Assembly: GCA_044892525.1 (NCBI GenBank)
Contig: CM097885.1
Location: forward strand, 207,824,001-207,888,000
DNA length: 64,000 nt
DNA from: Schmidtea polychroa
Lineage: Eukaryota
Reading direction: 5' to 3'
The notes below the pieces were generated by a model. The model searched no databases. It worked only from the letters and a program-made list of their open reading frames with translations, and was not told the origin of the DNA. The position numbers and the translations under genes are program-made. Below, one piece after another: positions 12,200 to 24,666 of the stretch (the first letter of the stretch is position 1; each line of letters starts with the position of its first letter).

Positions 12200-13560
12200 T
12201 TAATTATCCAAAAAATGGCTTGCTAGAAACACTGAAATATATATAAAACAGAAGCTCAAAAACTCATGATGGCGCAGCGATTATGGTGAAATACGGCAAT
12301 AATATATCTGTTATTTCTCAACTATGTCATAATCACGCCTTACATTTACCAATAGTTGATTAGCTATATAAGAATAAATATTCAGAACAAACTTATAGTG
12401 GAGAAAGTTTTTGTTAAGAAAATTATGATAATTGATCTCCCCAATTAATTGACATTGACAGTGAATATAGCTATAACTCATTTAATTATGAAAATGATAA
12501 CAAGTCAGTTGATTATAGCGATTTTACAATTGAAAATATCAATTTGAATTTACAAATTACAGAAGAAGATTTTTTAGTGGACTTGAATACAAAACTTGAT
12601 ATTGTTGTTAACAAAGTATGAAAAATAGTCAAAATGTTTCAAAAGTCCCCAACTAAAAATAAGAAATTGCAAGAATATGTTTTGAAGCAACAAAATAAAA
12701 AATTCCGCATACTGATCGATTGGTGGAATTCAATAGCTACTACGATTAGACGATTTTTGAGATTCAAGGATTGCATTAATCATACACTAATTGAAATAGG
12801 TATGCAAACTATGCCTGAGTGATATATTAGTTTTACAGAACTTGCTTAATGTATTGACACCACTTAAAGTAGCAGTTAAAGAGCTCAGTAAAGATAATGT
12901 AACACTCGTGACAGCTGAAGGTGTTTATAAATTTTTATTCAATTCTTTTACAGGAATTGATGATTTAAGTAATATATTACTTATAGAAACAAAGAAAAGA
13001 ATGAACCAACGAAGAAATAAAACATTAACTACATTACTTATATATCTTGATACTGGAACTATACCGCAATCAACAGAATATTTCAAATATGCATCCAAAA
13101 GTTCCGCTAAAGATTTAGCAGAAAATATTATGAAAAGAATTTGTCCAGTAAATCTCAATAATAAAATCGACAATAACACCGACACTGACAATGATGATGA
13201 TGTACTGCTATCTGCCGAAACTGAAGGCAATGCAGATGATGAAAATGGATTACAAAAACAGCTACTTAAAACAATCTGTTCAATTACACTATTTCAAGAA
13301 ATGCTTGTGGTTCTGCTGAATCATCCACAACTGGTAGAAAAAAACTAACAAAAGATTTTAATTTTTTAAATGCGTTCAAAAAAAAGAAATCAAATCAATT
13401 TTTTATACAACCGACTTTTAACTATAAGTCCTACTTCAACAGCAACTGAGTTTCCTCAACAGCTGGTATTATCAAATCGAAACTAAGAAGCAGTCTGAAA
13501 TTTAAAAATTTTAAAGCAATATTGTTTTTAAAATGTATATTTAATAAAGTGTATCTCAAA
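12200..13560 (+). mobile_element. Degenerate hAT (Ac/Hermes/ZBED-like) transposase
   Basis: DGAAIMVK, then FQKSPTKN...WNSIATTIRRF, LTPLKVAVKELSKDNVTL, and a frameshifted PTSTATE..STAG dimerisation motif near 13430. Confidence 0.8.
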
Positions 13561-13692
13561 TAAAATATTGCATTTGTAATAATCAATTTTACGTTTTTCT
13601 GTTTTTCTTTTATTGTCTTTGATATTAGTTGTTTTTATTGACTTTATTGGTTCCACTTTTTATGCTATTACATTTTCAAAAAAAATAGTTCG

Positions 13693-14943
13693 AATAATGT
13701 TCGTTTTATTGACAGCATCCAATTTGTTAATTGTTCTTTAGCTAAAGCTGTGAAAACTCTTACTACTTTTCCTTTAACTTCATCGATCTTTCAGGGGTCG
13801 ATGATTCATTCTAAAGGTGTGTTTCCGTATGATTTTGCTACTTCTTTGGATGTTCTTGAGTTGACTTTGGAATTACTTCCTATTTGGTCTGATATTACGG
13901 AAGATCAGTACACTGAGGCTCATCTAATTTGGAGACAGCATAACTGTAATAATTTGTTAGATTATATGCTAATCTACCTAAAATTAGACGTATACCTCCT
14001 CGCAGACTATTTTCAGCAATTCCGTGGAAAGGCAATGGTCTGGATCCACTTAATTTCTACATTAACGGAACCTATAGAACTTTTGCAGGACATGGAAATG
14101 TACAATTTCTATGAGGGAGGTATACGGGGTGTGTTAACATTTGTTAACAAACATTACACGGCTACTTCAGCTAATACAGAATTATTGTATATAGATATAA
14201 ATAATCTGTATCGTTGGGCTCTTAGCCAAAATATTCCGTATGATGATTTTTCTTGTGTTAATGATAATTTGAATGATGTTTTGCTTGAATGTGTGAACAC
14301 GGATATTGATAATCTTCCATATGGGTACACTATGGAGGTTGATATCGATATTCCGGAATGTGTGCATGATTTCTTGAATGATTTTCCACTTGCGCCGGAA
14401 AAGTTGTGCCCACCTAATTCAAAAGTTGAGAAGCTTATGCTTACGCATTGGCCAAAGAGGAACTATGTTCTTCATTGGAGGCTTCTCAAATTGTACATAG
14501 AATTAGGTGCGGTTGTTGTAAATATTCATAGATGTAAAAATTGAAACAAGAACCTATATAGACACTAATACAACTTTACGATCTCAGTCTACAAGCGAAA
14601 TATATAGGGACTTGTTTAAATTGTATAATAAAAAAAGAATGAATTTGAGGTTGTGTAATTCATCTGAAAAGATGATAGTATGCTCCTCAAAACCGACTTT
14701 CAGACAGTCTATAAGAACCGATGTTGATCTGATAGCCACTCATTTAGAGAAGGACTCTATTTGTTTAGACAGACCTAGTTACATAGGTCAAACAGTACTA
14801 GATCTGTCTAAACTGCGGTTATACCAGCTCCAATATATTGATTTGGAGAAGTACAGGCGACAATTCAAATGCATAATAAATATTATAGCCGGTGATACAG
14901 ATAGCTTCTTTTTAGAAATTAAAAATATTAAATTGGTATTGTA
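13693..14943 (+). mobile_element. Polinton/Maverick (adintovirus-like) protein-primed DNA polymerase B fragment, degenerate
   Basis: RFIDSIQF..SLAK, KGVFPYD, YLKLDVYLLAD, GGIRG, LYIDINNLY, NYVLHWRLLKLY, PSYIGQTVLDLSKLRLY and GDTDS across ORFs 13750-14544 and 14612-14950. Confidence 0.88.
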
Positions 14944-14955
14944 CACATAGGTCGG

Positions 14956-15003
14956 AATCTATCGGCAGGTGAGCTCCTATGTTAGAACTACTCCCGGTAG
15001 ACT
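14956..15003 (-). ncRNA. Second copy of the putative conserved RNA hairpin, downstream of orphan ORF copy 2
   Basis: Core GAGTAGTTCTAACATAGGAGCTCACCTG (14993-14966) closed by AGTCTACCGG/CCGATAGATT, 9 of 10 paired including one G-U. Confidence 0.45.
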
Positions 15004-15308
15004 TCACGGTGCGGGTTCGCGAGTGCCATAGAAGGTCTTACCTCATTCTTTTTACTCAAACTTGCGTCCTGGTCCAAGGGACGTCTTTTATGCATCAAAC
15101 CGAGTCCTTAGAGGTTACCACTTTCATATTCTCAATTTACACAGTCAGCTTAAACGCAACAGTTTCAATACTAATACTTTTATTTAACTAACACGAGCAA
15201 TGTAAGATATTTACAAGAAAAACAAACAAAATTAGTTCATTATATGTGGAGTGCACCAGAAATCAAAACACAGGATTCGGATGTTCTAAAATGATTGTCA
15301 TTTGTTTG

Positions 15309-18300
15309 CTACATCTCGCTCTCGGCTAACAAGGCATCAATATCCACCTGTAGCCGGGCGTCTTTTCGGAGTTGGCATGTTTCCGCGGAGATAATTCGAA
15401 ACTCTCCAGTTGAGATAGGCACTTGAGCCTTGGGACTTCGTTCCCTAGACGACTGGGCCGCAAACAGAGATGCTTCCAAAGCGGCGATGGTATTTCTTCG
15501 TTTTTGGTTCTTCTCGGCCCGTGATGGCCGTTTCCGCTTCTTGTGTACTGAATCAGGATTGATGACGTTCGCCGTCGAGGTGGCATTAATTTTAGGAGAT
15601 TTCGACAATGTCGAAGCGAAGAGGTGGGAAATCATTTTCGTGCCCACTGCAATGAGATTTAGCGACTTGAGGTTTGTCCTGGTGGTGGTGGACTGGGAAG
15701 ACGTTAGTCCCATCGATGATCGGGTACTCTCGCACTCTTTGTAGTAATTCCTTTTCGGTGTAGATTTTGTGGAGAGCCTCTAACTGGGCTTTGATAGTCA
15801 ACCGTTGACAACGGCTCTCCTCCAGGAGGCTGTCACGGCAGTGTTCCAGCCGCAATATCTTTGCTCGCTCCTCCTTCATTTGTGGTGGGGAGAACCACGT
15901 ACCGTAGAGTGCCGAATAGTATACCTCCCCAAAAAGTGTACCAGTGGTATACTATTTTTAAAAAGTGCTAAATATTATATCATGGTACACTAATTGGATT
16001 TCAACATAAAACAAAAAAAATAATGATTTTGGCATCTAATTAGTGTACCATGATATAATATTTAGCACTTTTTTATGCAATTAAAAAAAATTATTATGTT
16101 GATATTTCTTCATCAAGTGGTTTGAATTTTAAATTTGAATTGGTTTGAATCCAGTATAATATGGGTTTTTCCTTTGACTATATAAATATCGCCTGCTAGT
16201 TGTACCCTTTATTGCCAGCAGCACCCTGCTGGCGCCACTTATGTTGAACGATTTTTATTTTAAAAATATATTAAAATGACAGATCGTTAGCAGTCCATCC
16301 ATATATATAGTCAAAGGTTTTTTCATAAATTGATGTTGACATCTATGACCAATTATTAAAAACAAGCATCCTACAGAGCAATTTCTTGCAAATCAATGTC
16401 AGAATTGATTAATAAATATAACAATAAAAAAATATAAAGTTTTGATTTTGTGTGTTTAAGCAAGTTGTTGTGGATCTTACCGATAAATTGGTAAATTTTA
16501 TTTTGTGTAGCTGTTTTTTAAAAATTAGATAGCTTATTATAATTTTTAATTGCAGTTCGCCCATGTCACCAAAACAAAAACGAAAATCTATTACTATCGG
16601 AGAAAAATTGAAAATTGTGGCCCGAGCAAAGCGTGGTGAGTCGCTAAATTTTTTACAAAAACAAACAGGTTATCAACGATCACAAATAAGAAAATGGATT
16701 TCTAAAGAAAATGATTTAATTCAATCAAAACGCAATCAGAAAAGAGTAAGGGGTGGTGGGCGAAAGCCTGCTTTTCCTGAAGTGGAAAAATTGGTAATTG
16801 AATGGTTTAAGAGCCAAAGAGAAAAAAACTGGTTGTCAACTATAATATGTTTAGGAGGAAAGCGAAAACAATTTTCAAAAATATCGGGACCCCTACAACA
16901 ATAAACGAATTTTCATGCAGCAACAAATGGATCCGAGGAGTTTGCCGTCGAAATAAAATTTCATCAAGAAAAATTACACACCAAAGCCAACAATTCTTCA
17001 CCAATTGAAATTCACAATAAAGTGAAAAAATATCTTTCAGCAATTAATCAAAAAAGTGTAAATATTCCGAAAAATTTAATATTTAATATGGATGAAACTC
17101 CATGTTATTTTGATATGACCTATGGCCGAACGCTTCATTTTCAGGGAGAAAAAACAGTAGATGGTTTAAATACAGGTCATTGTAAAAATAGATTTACTAT
17201 CGTATTGTGTATTTCTGCAGCTGGTTCTATTATCCGAACGCAAATTATTTTAAAAGGTCTCAAAAAGATTCCAAAGGTAAAGTTGCCGAAAAATATTGAT
17301 TTAGTTCTGAGTGATGGGGGTTCTATGACAACTGATTTAATGATGAAATGGATACAAAATTGTTATAGCCAACAATGCAATACTTTTAGACACGAAAATT
17401 CTTTGCTGATCATGGATTCATATGGTTGTCAATTGAAAGACGTGATAATAGAAAACTTTAAAAAAAAGTGTCTTGCAGAAGTTATAATAATTCCACCAAA
17501 AACCACATCCTTTTTGCAACCACTAGATGTGTCGATCAATTATCCATTTAAAAACGCTTTAAGAGCCGAATAGAACAATTGGCTAGCAGAAGCACCTGAA
17601 GAATATACAAATAAAGGTTATCGAAAAAGGCCAAGTTACCAAAATTTGGTGGATTTTACTGTAGCAGCGCTGAAAAAAAATTTCTCCTGAAATCATAATG
17701 CGATCTTTTGAATGTTGTGGGATTGGGGAACGTGGACTAGAAAAACCTTTATCCAAATTAAATAAAAGAAGCAGTGTTAGCTTTTGATGAGGTTTTACAA
17801 CAGAGGTCTGAACAGACTCTGGTCCTGGAAGAAGAGGAATATCAAGAACATCCTGACGAGGAATATGAACTGCTATTTCAGGAAGAATTTTCCAGCGTTA
17901 GTACTGAAGAAATTTTATTGTCATCATTAAGTATTGAAGATGATTCTAACTGTGACGATGAGTCGGATTAAAATATTAACAGATTCATTTCACCAAATTT
18001 AATATATGTGTTTTTTGATTTAAACTATTTAAGTTTTTGTTTGGATTAATTTTTTATTAAAAAAAGTTCCTATATTATTTATTTAGGTATAGGTACATAA
18101 AATAATAATTACCTATTTATAATGTTTCTTGATACCAAATGAATTATATACCTGGTAAAATTATTTGCTTTGTTTAACTATAGTAAACATATTATAATTT
18201 CTTTTTTGTTATTTTTTTGCAAATTAAATATAATACATTTTATAACATTACCTACTTGTTATTGTGTTTAATTTAATTAATTTGAATTTTGTCATTAAGT

Positions 18301-18650
18301 AATGAAAAAGTTTAATAGGTAGGTACCTATATGGTATAGTCTAATCGTATACCAATTATTATACCATGGTATAATAAACCAATTAGTATACCATGGTATA
18401 ATAAACCAAATAGTGTACCATGGTATAATAAACCAAATAGTGTATCTGGTATAATATTTGGATTTCAAAGTAAATCAAAATTTTGGCGTTTTCCATATAG
18501 TGTATCATGGTATTAAAATCGGCACTCTACGGTACTCTCATAATATTCAATCCGTTTCTTAAGAGCCCCATTGTATTCCTGCAGCTTCTTTATATCTGCA
18601 TTTTTGTGAGCACATGAGAAACAATGCACAATTGACGATTTTTATTTACC
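15309..18650 (-). pseudogene. Orphan-family copy 2, frameshifted and split by a pogo insertion
   Basis: N-terminus HCFSCAHKNADIKKLQEYNGALKKRIEYYES at ~18640-18535 joins TWFSPPQMKEERAKILRLEHCRD at 15900 across the TA target site. C-terminal part in ORF 15309-15713 ends VDIDALLAESEM. Confidence 0.85.
15902..18532 (+). mobile_element. Full-length pogo/Tigger-like DNA transposon (2631 bp) with a disrupted transposase
   Basis: 14-bp TIRs CCGTAGAGTGCCGA / TCGGCACTCTACGG with TA TSD. CENP-B-like HTH in 16563-16904. DDE_1 domain in 17022-17573: NMDETP, LLIMDSY, LQPLDVSINYPFK. Tandem 27-bp subterminal repeats at ~18350-18450. Confidence 0.95.
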
Positions 18651-18993
18651 TTGAATTATTTTATTTAGGGTGATCTGTTCCCTCTTCAAATTAGCATAAC
18701 GAGAAATTTATATGTACTGAAGCATCTTATTTATATTTATCAATAATTTAGCTAATTTATCGGTCAGAACACAATAAACTTTTCGCTGTCAGACAATCAC
18801 ACAACAAATACGTACTCCATAGCAATCTCAATCGAATACCCTAAAGACACGGATAGAAATTTTATTATAGTAAACTAAAACAATGGTACATGCAAATGAG
18901 TTACATACAAAGAGTCAGATAGAAAGCGAAAAAAGCATGAAGCAAATCACAACAAGCCGGCTGGAGTCAAATAACTGTCTTTTGACTCACGAA

Positions 18994-19761
18994 TCACGGA
19001 AAACTTTCTCCCTCGGCCAGAATCTCGTCAATGTCCACTGGTAGTCGGCGGTCTTCTATGAACTTTGCTCCGCCTGCTGGAACGACTGGAAATATCTCCT
19101 TGGTTGGTACGGAGTGTGTAGCAGTGATTTCTTTGATGGTTGATTGTGCAACCGATAAGGACGCTTCTAAGGCAGCTATAGCATCTCGGCGCTTTTGATT
19201 TTTCTCGGATCGCGTAGGCCGTTTACGCTTCCGTATCGACGACGTAGAATCGGTATTGGGTTGCACAATTAGAGAGGGAAGAGGGGCAATTGCCATATGG
19301 ACCGACGGACCACTCGACGCTGGCCTAGAGCTTGATAGAATAGGTTCAGAAAGGGGTGGTAGTTGAGGCCCGTGCCCCAGACAGCTAGTTGAGGGTATTG
19401 ATGCCCCATAAGTCTGATGATGGGCCGGGAATACGTTGGTCCCGTCCTGAATTGGGTACTCCCGAACGTGTTTGGCGACTTCAGCGTCGGTGTACACCTT
19501 ATGCAGTGCCTCTGATTGGGCCTTGATGGTTAGCCGCTGGCATCTGCTCTCTTCTAGGAAACTGTCACGGCAGTGCTCCAAACGTAGGATTTTATTTCGC
19601 TCTTCTTTCATTTGTGGCGGGGAGAACCACGTGCCCTCGTATGTGTCTATACGTTTCTTCAGAGCCCCAATATAGATATGAAGTTTCCGAATGTCTTCGT
19701 TCTTGTCTGCGCAAGAAAAACAAGGTCGAAGGTCTTTGTTGGGAACGTTGGTTGCTGACAT
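18994..19761 (-). CDS. Orphan-family protein, copy 3 (255 aa, intact)
   Basis: Same motifs as copy 1 (PCFSCADKN, EGTWFSPPQMKE, EHCRD, QSEALHKVY, RKRKRPTRSEK, DIDEILAE). TTTAATTCTAG acceptor directly before the ATG, AATAAA downstream, TATAAA upstream near 19955. Confidence 0.75.
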   Translation of the reverse strand: MSATNVPNKDLRPCFSCADKNEDIRKLHIYIGALKKRIDTYEGTWFSPPQMKEERNKILRLEHCRDSFLEESRCQRLTIKAQSEALHKVYTDAEVAKHVREYPIQDGTNVFPAHHQTYGASIPSTSCLGHGPQLPPLSEPILSSSRPASSGPSVHMAIAPLPSLIVQPNTDSTSSIRKRKRPTRSEKNQKRRDAIAALEASLSVAQSTIKEITATHSVPTKEIFPVVPAGGAKFIEDRRLPVDIDEILAEGESFP

Positions 19762-22592
19762 CTAGAATTAAAAGGAAATTCCCTATCACGATTGGTAGCA
19801 ACCATTTCACCTTCTTAAAAGATCAGTTAGTTCTTAAAAATATTAATCACAGCTCTCCCTTTCGCTCAACGTAAAGTCAGAACTCCTCCGAAAACTCTCA
19901 AACAGAATCTCACTGAAACCTGCACTCATTCAAATCGGTTCGCACACTACATTTATACACCCAACAATCGGTTGAAATTTAACTCGAATCAGGACTGGCG
20001 TGAGTGAATTACAAATATCCGTTTATTACATTCGTAAAACATAGTCTCCTCATTCTCCTACCCTTTGACCATAGTCATGACGGAATTTGCCCCGGGCAGT
20101 TGATATATACATTTAATACAATAAAAATCATGAAAACCACTTTCCCCTTAGTCAGTGACAACCGGATCCTGAGGGACTGGGAGAGGTTTGATCGAGATGA
20201 AGCAATCAACCGTAAAAAATGTAAAGCTCAAATTTTTGAGACTTTAAATTTTTACACATAGGTAAATTTGTTTATTTCTATGAACAGGAGTGTGCTGATA
20301 GCTGAATTTATGCGAAAAACGTGAAAATAAATTAGTGATCCAACTGTTAGAGATCCAATAACCTTATGTTTTAAAGCAATCACTAATTGTGTTTATAAAT
20401 TATGTAAAACATGAAAATTATCCCTGTAAGAACATAATGGGTTAGAAGAGTATTATCATTTCGGTTTACCGAAACATGTCACTAACAATGTATGTTTATA
20501 GCATGTAAATTACGTTATATGTATCATAAATTTTACAAATGATCATAAGATATTGAAAGAGAAATATTCAAAACAACAAAAGCCAATATTTCATGATTAT
20601 TTACACATTCCCCTAATTTAATTTGCAATTAGTAGAAATTCTGTAAGTTATGGTGCTTACGTAATCTTTAATATCATCACTGTTTGTATGTACTGGTGTA
20701 ATTTTTCAGCATTGCGTAAGCCCCCTACTGTTTAGACTATTCATCAAATGAAATACTAGCAGTACCACTTAATTTGAAGAGAAATTTGCTGATAGCTTGG
20801 AGAAATCAGAGATTCACTTTGATTGTTTATTCCTTTAAATAAATTCATCTTAACGTCAGAATGTTCCGGGTGCGGAATTTGTCGTCAGCACACGGTGGAG
20901 TTGTTATCTCGGTCATACTACAGATAACCGGCAATTCAGGTTCGTACAATTTCCATTCGACGATGGCAGATGTTTATCTGTAGAATCAAAAGCAGTGCTA
21001 ATCTAAGCCTAGACATGACATCGTCGACGTAAAGGTGCGACAGCTACATTTATATTGAGGAATGGTTTTATTTTTATTTTATTTCTTTAATTTCTCGTTT
21101 ATTTTCTTAAATTTTGGCTATTTTATTTTCCTTTTATTGTTATGCGTATTGGGTAGTTTCCTTTTTGTCCTATTTTCCATCTTAAAAGTTCTATTATTTT
21201 ATTAGTTATTCCTGTCTCTTTTATTGTTATTTGCTTTATTTATTCTTATATTTCTCTGTAGTTTTCTGTAAAATTTATTTTTCTCTATTCTATCCCTTTT
21301 CTCATCCTTGACTTTTTCAACACTTTCAAAACTTGGCCCAACAGCTGGTTTAAGTCGATACTTAACTAATCTAGTGGCCGCTTTATATATTAATTTTCGA
21401 ACAATCATAATTGAGTCGGGTTGTTTTTTAATTATTTTTCTTTATTCATTATTTTTTCTTATACATTATTTTTTTTTATTTTGTTGTTCTATTATTTTCC
21501 TCGCGTTTTGCCTAATTCCGGCTAATTTTATGGGTTTTTGGTGGTGTAACAGCCTATTTTGGTTTTTTCCTGAAATTAAATTGATATTTTATGTTTATTT
21601 TATTTCAACGATATTCTTGGTAGTGAAAGTGGATTTAAACTGCTAATTAATTTCCCTATTTGATTTTTCGATTTAACTTAAATTGGTTTGAGAATTACGA
21701 AATTCAAGGTTCAGTTATGAAGTGCCAGTTATGAAATTACAGTTCGTATACTTAAATTGAGAATCAATAAATTTAGGTTTGATGAATTAATAGTTGGTAC
21801 AGTAAAAATGGAAAATTAAAATTTTATAAATTAAACTTCCAATACCTATTGTTTAAATCATTCAAAGATTTAATTTATTAGTTTACACTAGTTTATATTA
21901 GTTTAAATATTAGTTTACATGCAATAATTTTCTGTCGATATTTTTAACAAAAATTGTGCTACTAGGACCCACTATGGGAAGCGGGTATTGTTAATTGTCT
22001 GAATTTATATTCAGCTCTTCGCAAATCCCTGACCATAGTGGTTGTAAGTGGCTCTCCCATCAACTGATATTTGACGGCTAATGTAAATTTTGATTTTTTA
22101 AATTTGTCTAATTTCAGGGATGGGTCTCCAAACAATCCGCTTTAAACATGACATCTTAGTCAAATAATGTATTCGAGATATTTCTGCCTGACGGTAATCC
22201 AAAATATGCCGACATACTCAATTTGTGAGATGTTTAGCTGGAAATTTTTACTCATTTCAGATTTTGGATCTATGCCGTGGAATTTTAAGATAACAATTTG
22301 AACTAGAGGGCAGTCAGAAAGGTCCTCTCTTTCATTTATTTTCGAGAATTTACAGTGGTGGGAATAGTTGGTTAAATAATTTTTGTGAAGCAAATATCCA
22401 AAGTGATTTTATTTATGTCATTCTCCGTTTTTACCTCTATTACCATCAGGCAGCGAAAGGGCTCGGTATTTTAGTCAATAAATCAAATATTTCAATTTTT
22501 AAGGTAACTTCTGCATAATTTTTATTTATCTAAACAGCTTCATAATATAATTCAACACGCCATAGTCAATTTACATTCGTCAATCAATTAAT

Positions 22593-22610
22593 ATCCCGAC
22601 TGAGCCCCCA
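22593..22610 (-). other. tRNA-Pro-like primer binding site candidate
   Basis: TGGGGGCTCAGTCGGGAT matches the canonical tRNA-Pro PBS TGGGGGCTCGTCCGGGAT at 15 of 18 positions. No LTR is clearly delimited upstream. Confidence 0.35.
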
Positions 22611-22749
22611 AAAATCATGCTGGGGCACTACTCGGTTGACTTCAACTACGTTAACTTTTCGTCTAAGAGATGATTGCCCATTCCGTATATAATAGCCATT
22701 ACCTAGTCCGAGAGTTTGCTAACGATAAGAGCACTCCACAGCGGGGTTT

Positions 22750-22884
22750 TCATTTTTCCCACTCTGTGTCGGCTAATAGCTTGTCTAGATTGAAAAATTC
22801 GGAGGCATTTTCCTCCCAAGTTACACCAGCGGCGGAGATGATTCGCCCTGGGATCCCTGTTGTCAGATTGATCACTGCAGGAGG
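22750..22884 (-). pseudogene. Orphan-family copy 4, C-terminal fragment
   Basis: Encodes PPAVINLTTGIPGRIISAAGVTWEENASEFFNLDKLLADTEWEK*, versus PPVTIDLTVGIPGRIISAAGVTWEENASEFFDLDELLADAGWEK* in copy 1. Confidence 0.9.
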
Positions 22885-23902
22885 ATTGTTTTATTTTACT
22901 TGCCTCCACATGTTGTATTGGAAAAATTTTAGGTGCCATATCATCGTCTGTCGGTTTCTTATCTAATCTGCAATATTGGAATTTGTTGCTACAAGTCGTA
23001 ATTTCTCTAGAGTTGGATATTTTAAACGATGGAGGATCTTTCTGAATCGGCTGGACAATGTCTACAAATTTTATTTCAGGGGCGAATATCTCGAATGAAT
23101 CGCATAGAGAATGTTTATTCAGGTAGTACCAAATTTTCTAATAATTGTATTTAAATAAATTATTGTCATACATATAGTCTTATGGTTTAATGTATTTTGT
23201 GTAAATATTAGTATCATATTCTCTTGTCTGAATGTCATAATGTAAAAGTGAGAATCTCGAATCAGGCTTATTATCCGAAAAATGAAATGTGAGCTCAATT
23301 TTTAAGATGTTGGAGAATTTCGTTGGAGATGAGTGTTAATCGAATTATTAATGTAACATTAGAGATTCATATTTACAGATGGTGATAGCATGAATTTCTC
23401 GAAGGATGCTTAATGTTGTAGAGTCATTGTAGGTACAAAGATGGTAACTCCCTCAATCACTGTGAATCGTATATCTTACTTTTCTGTCGGTTTATTAATG
23501 CACCCTATATTCTAATATTCGAACTAAGTTTAGATCACTTTCAGTGACGGACCCGTGAGGAAGCCCCCACATTACGGCCTGAATCAACTGCGTGATTGAA
23601 AGGTTTTATGTCCACCGGTTGAGCACCCGAAGGCCCCTCACACCATGACATGAAACGTCTCAACTCCACGTTTCTCATAAAATATAAACTCATAAAATAT
23701 TAGATCATGAAACAAATCAAAAGTTTCTAAATAAGTCGTTTATTATTATCAATTACATTTAAACATTCAAATTTCTAACTTCGTTAAAATTACTAAAACG
23801 GATCAAATGAAGAGAATTTCGCATAAAACAAAGATTTTAATTATTTAATAAATATCCATGATTCAAAAAATAAAAAGATCTCCTTACTATTGTTTATCGG
23901 TA

Positions 23903-24425
23903 TGAGGACTGAGTCGAAAATGAATTGTTCGTTTTTGAAAATAGTCTGCTTGAGTTCAAATACTGATGGTTCCTTGAATGTTGATTCCTATTACTAGTTA
24001 TGCTTAGGCTAATTTCGGTTGCTTGTGAGTCGCTGCTGTTTCTGGATTTACCTATAGAACTTTTGAATTAACGGTGATTTTAATGATTTTGGTGCTTACT
24101 TATATATTAATTTTTCATGTGTGCGGAGTACCGCTTAGTTTTGCTAATTTAATTTACTTTTCTTGTTTTTTGGTTATTTTTTCTTATTTTCCTTATTTTT
24201 ATTATATTTCTTATTTATTTCTTTAATTCCTCATTATTTATTAAATTTTACGTCATTTTATTTTCTTATTTTAATTTTCTTATTTTATTTTTTTGTTTTA
24301 ATTCTTAATTTATTGTTTCTTTTGTATTTTGATTTATTTTTTTAAAATTTGTTTGTCTTATTTTTATTTTATTTAACGTCTTGCTTGTCCTAATTTCCTA
24401 ACTATCATTTCGACTCAGCCCAACA
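23903..24425 (-). repeat. LTR-like element (523 bp) with ~20-bp inverted termini
   Basis: Begins TGTTGGGCTGAGTCGAAATGATA (compare TGTTAGGGTCCGAAATGATA at 5693) and ends TTTTCGACTCAGTCCTCA. A-rich 5' half like the other family members. Confidence 0.55.
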
Positions 24426-24666
24426 AATCACTGGGGGACCCATCAAAATTGCGTCCCGCAATTACATATTCGAACTACCTTCATTCATTCCTAAAAAGAT
24501 AAAACTCATTCATAAAAAAGTAAAACAATAATCAACAAAAATTATAATCAACAACAAATTTTTATTCAGATAAATGGCAAAGTTAAGATAAGTAAGAATC
24601 ACTTAAGATGTTCATATATACAATAAACGTTTCCACATACTGTTTCCGTTATAGTTCAGACACTGT

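Noticed and set aside
21964-22086. 9-bp stem plus GGCTAAT resembling an HDV J4/2
   Set aside because: No P3/L3/P1.1 arrangement. The opposite strand reads more like decayed coding sequence.
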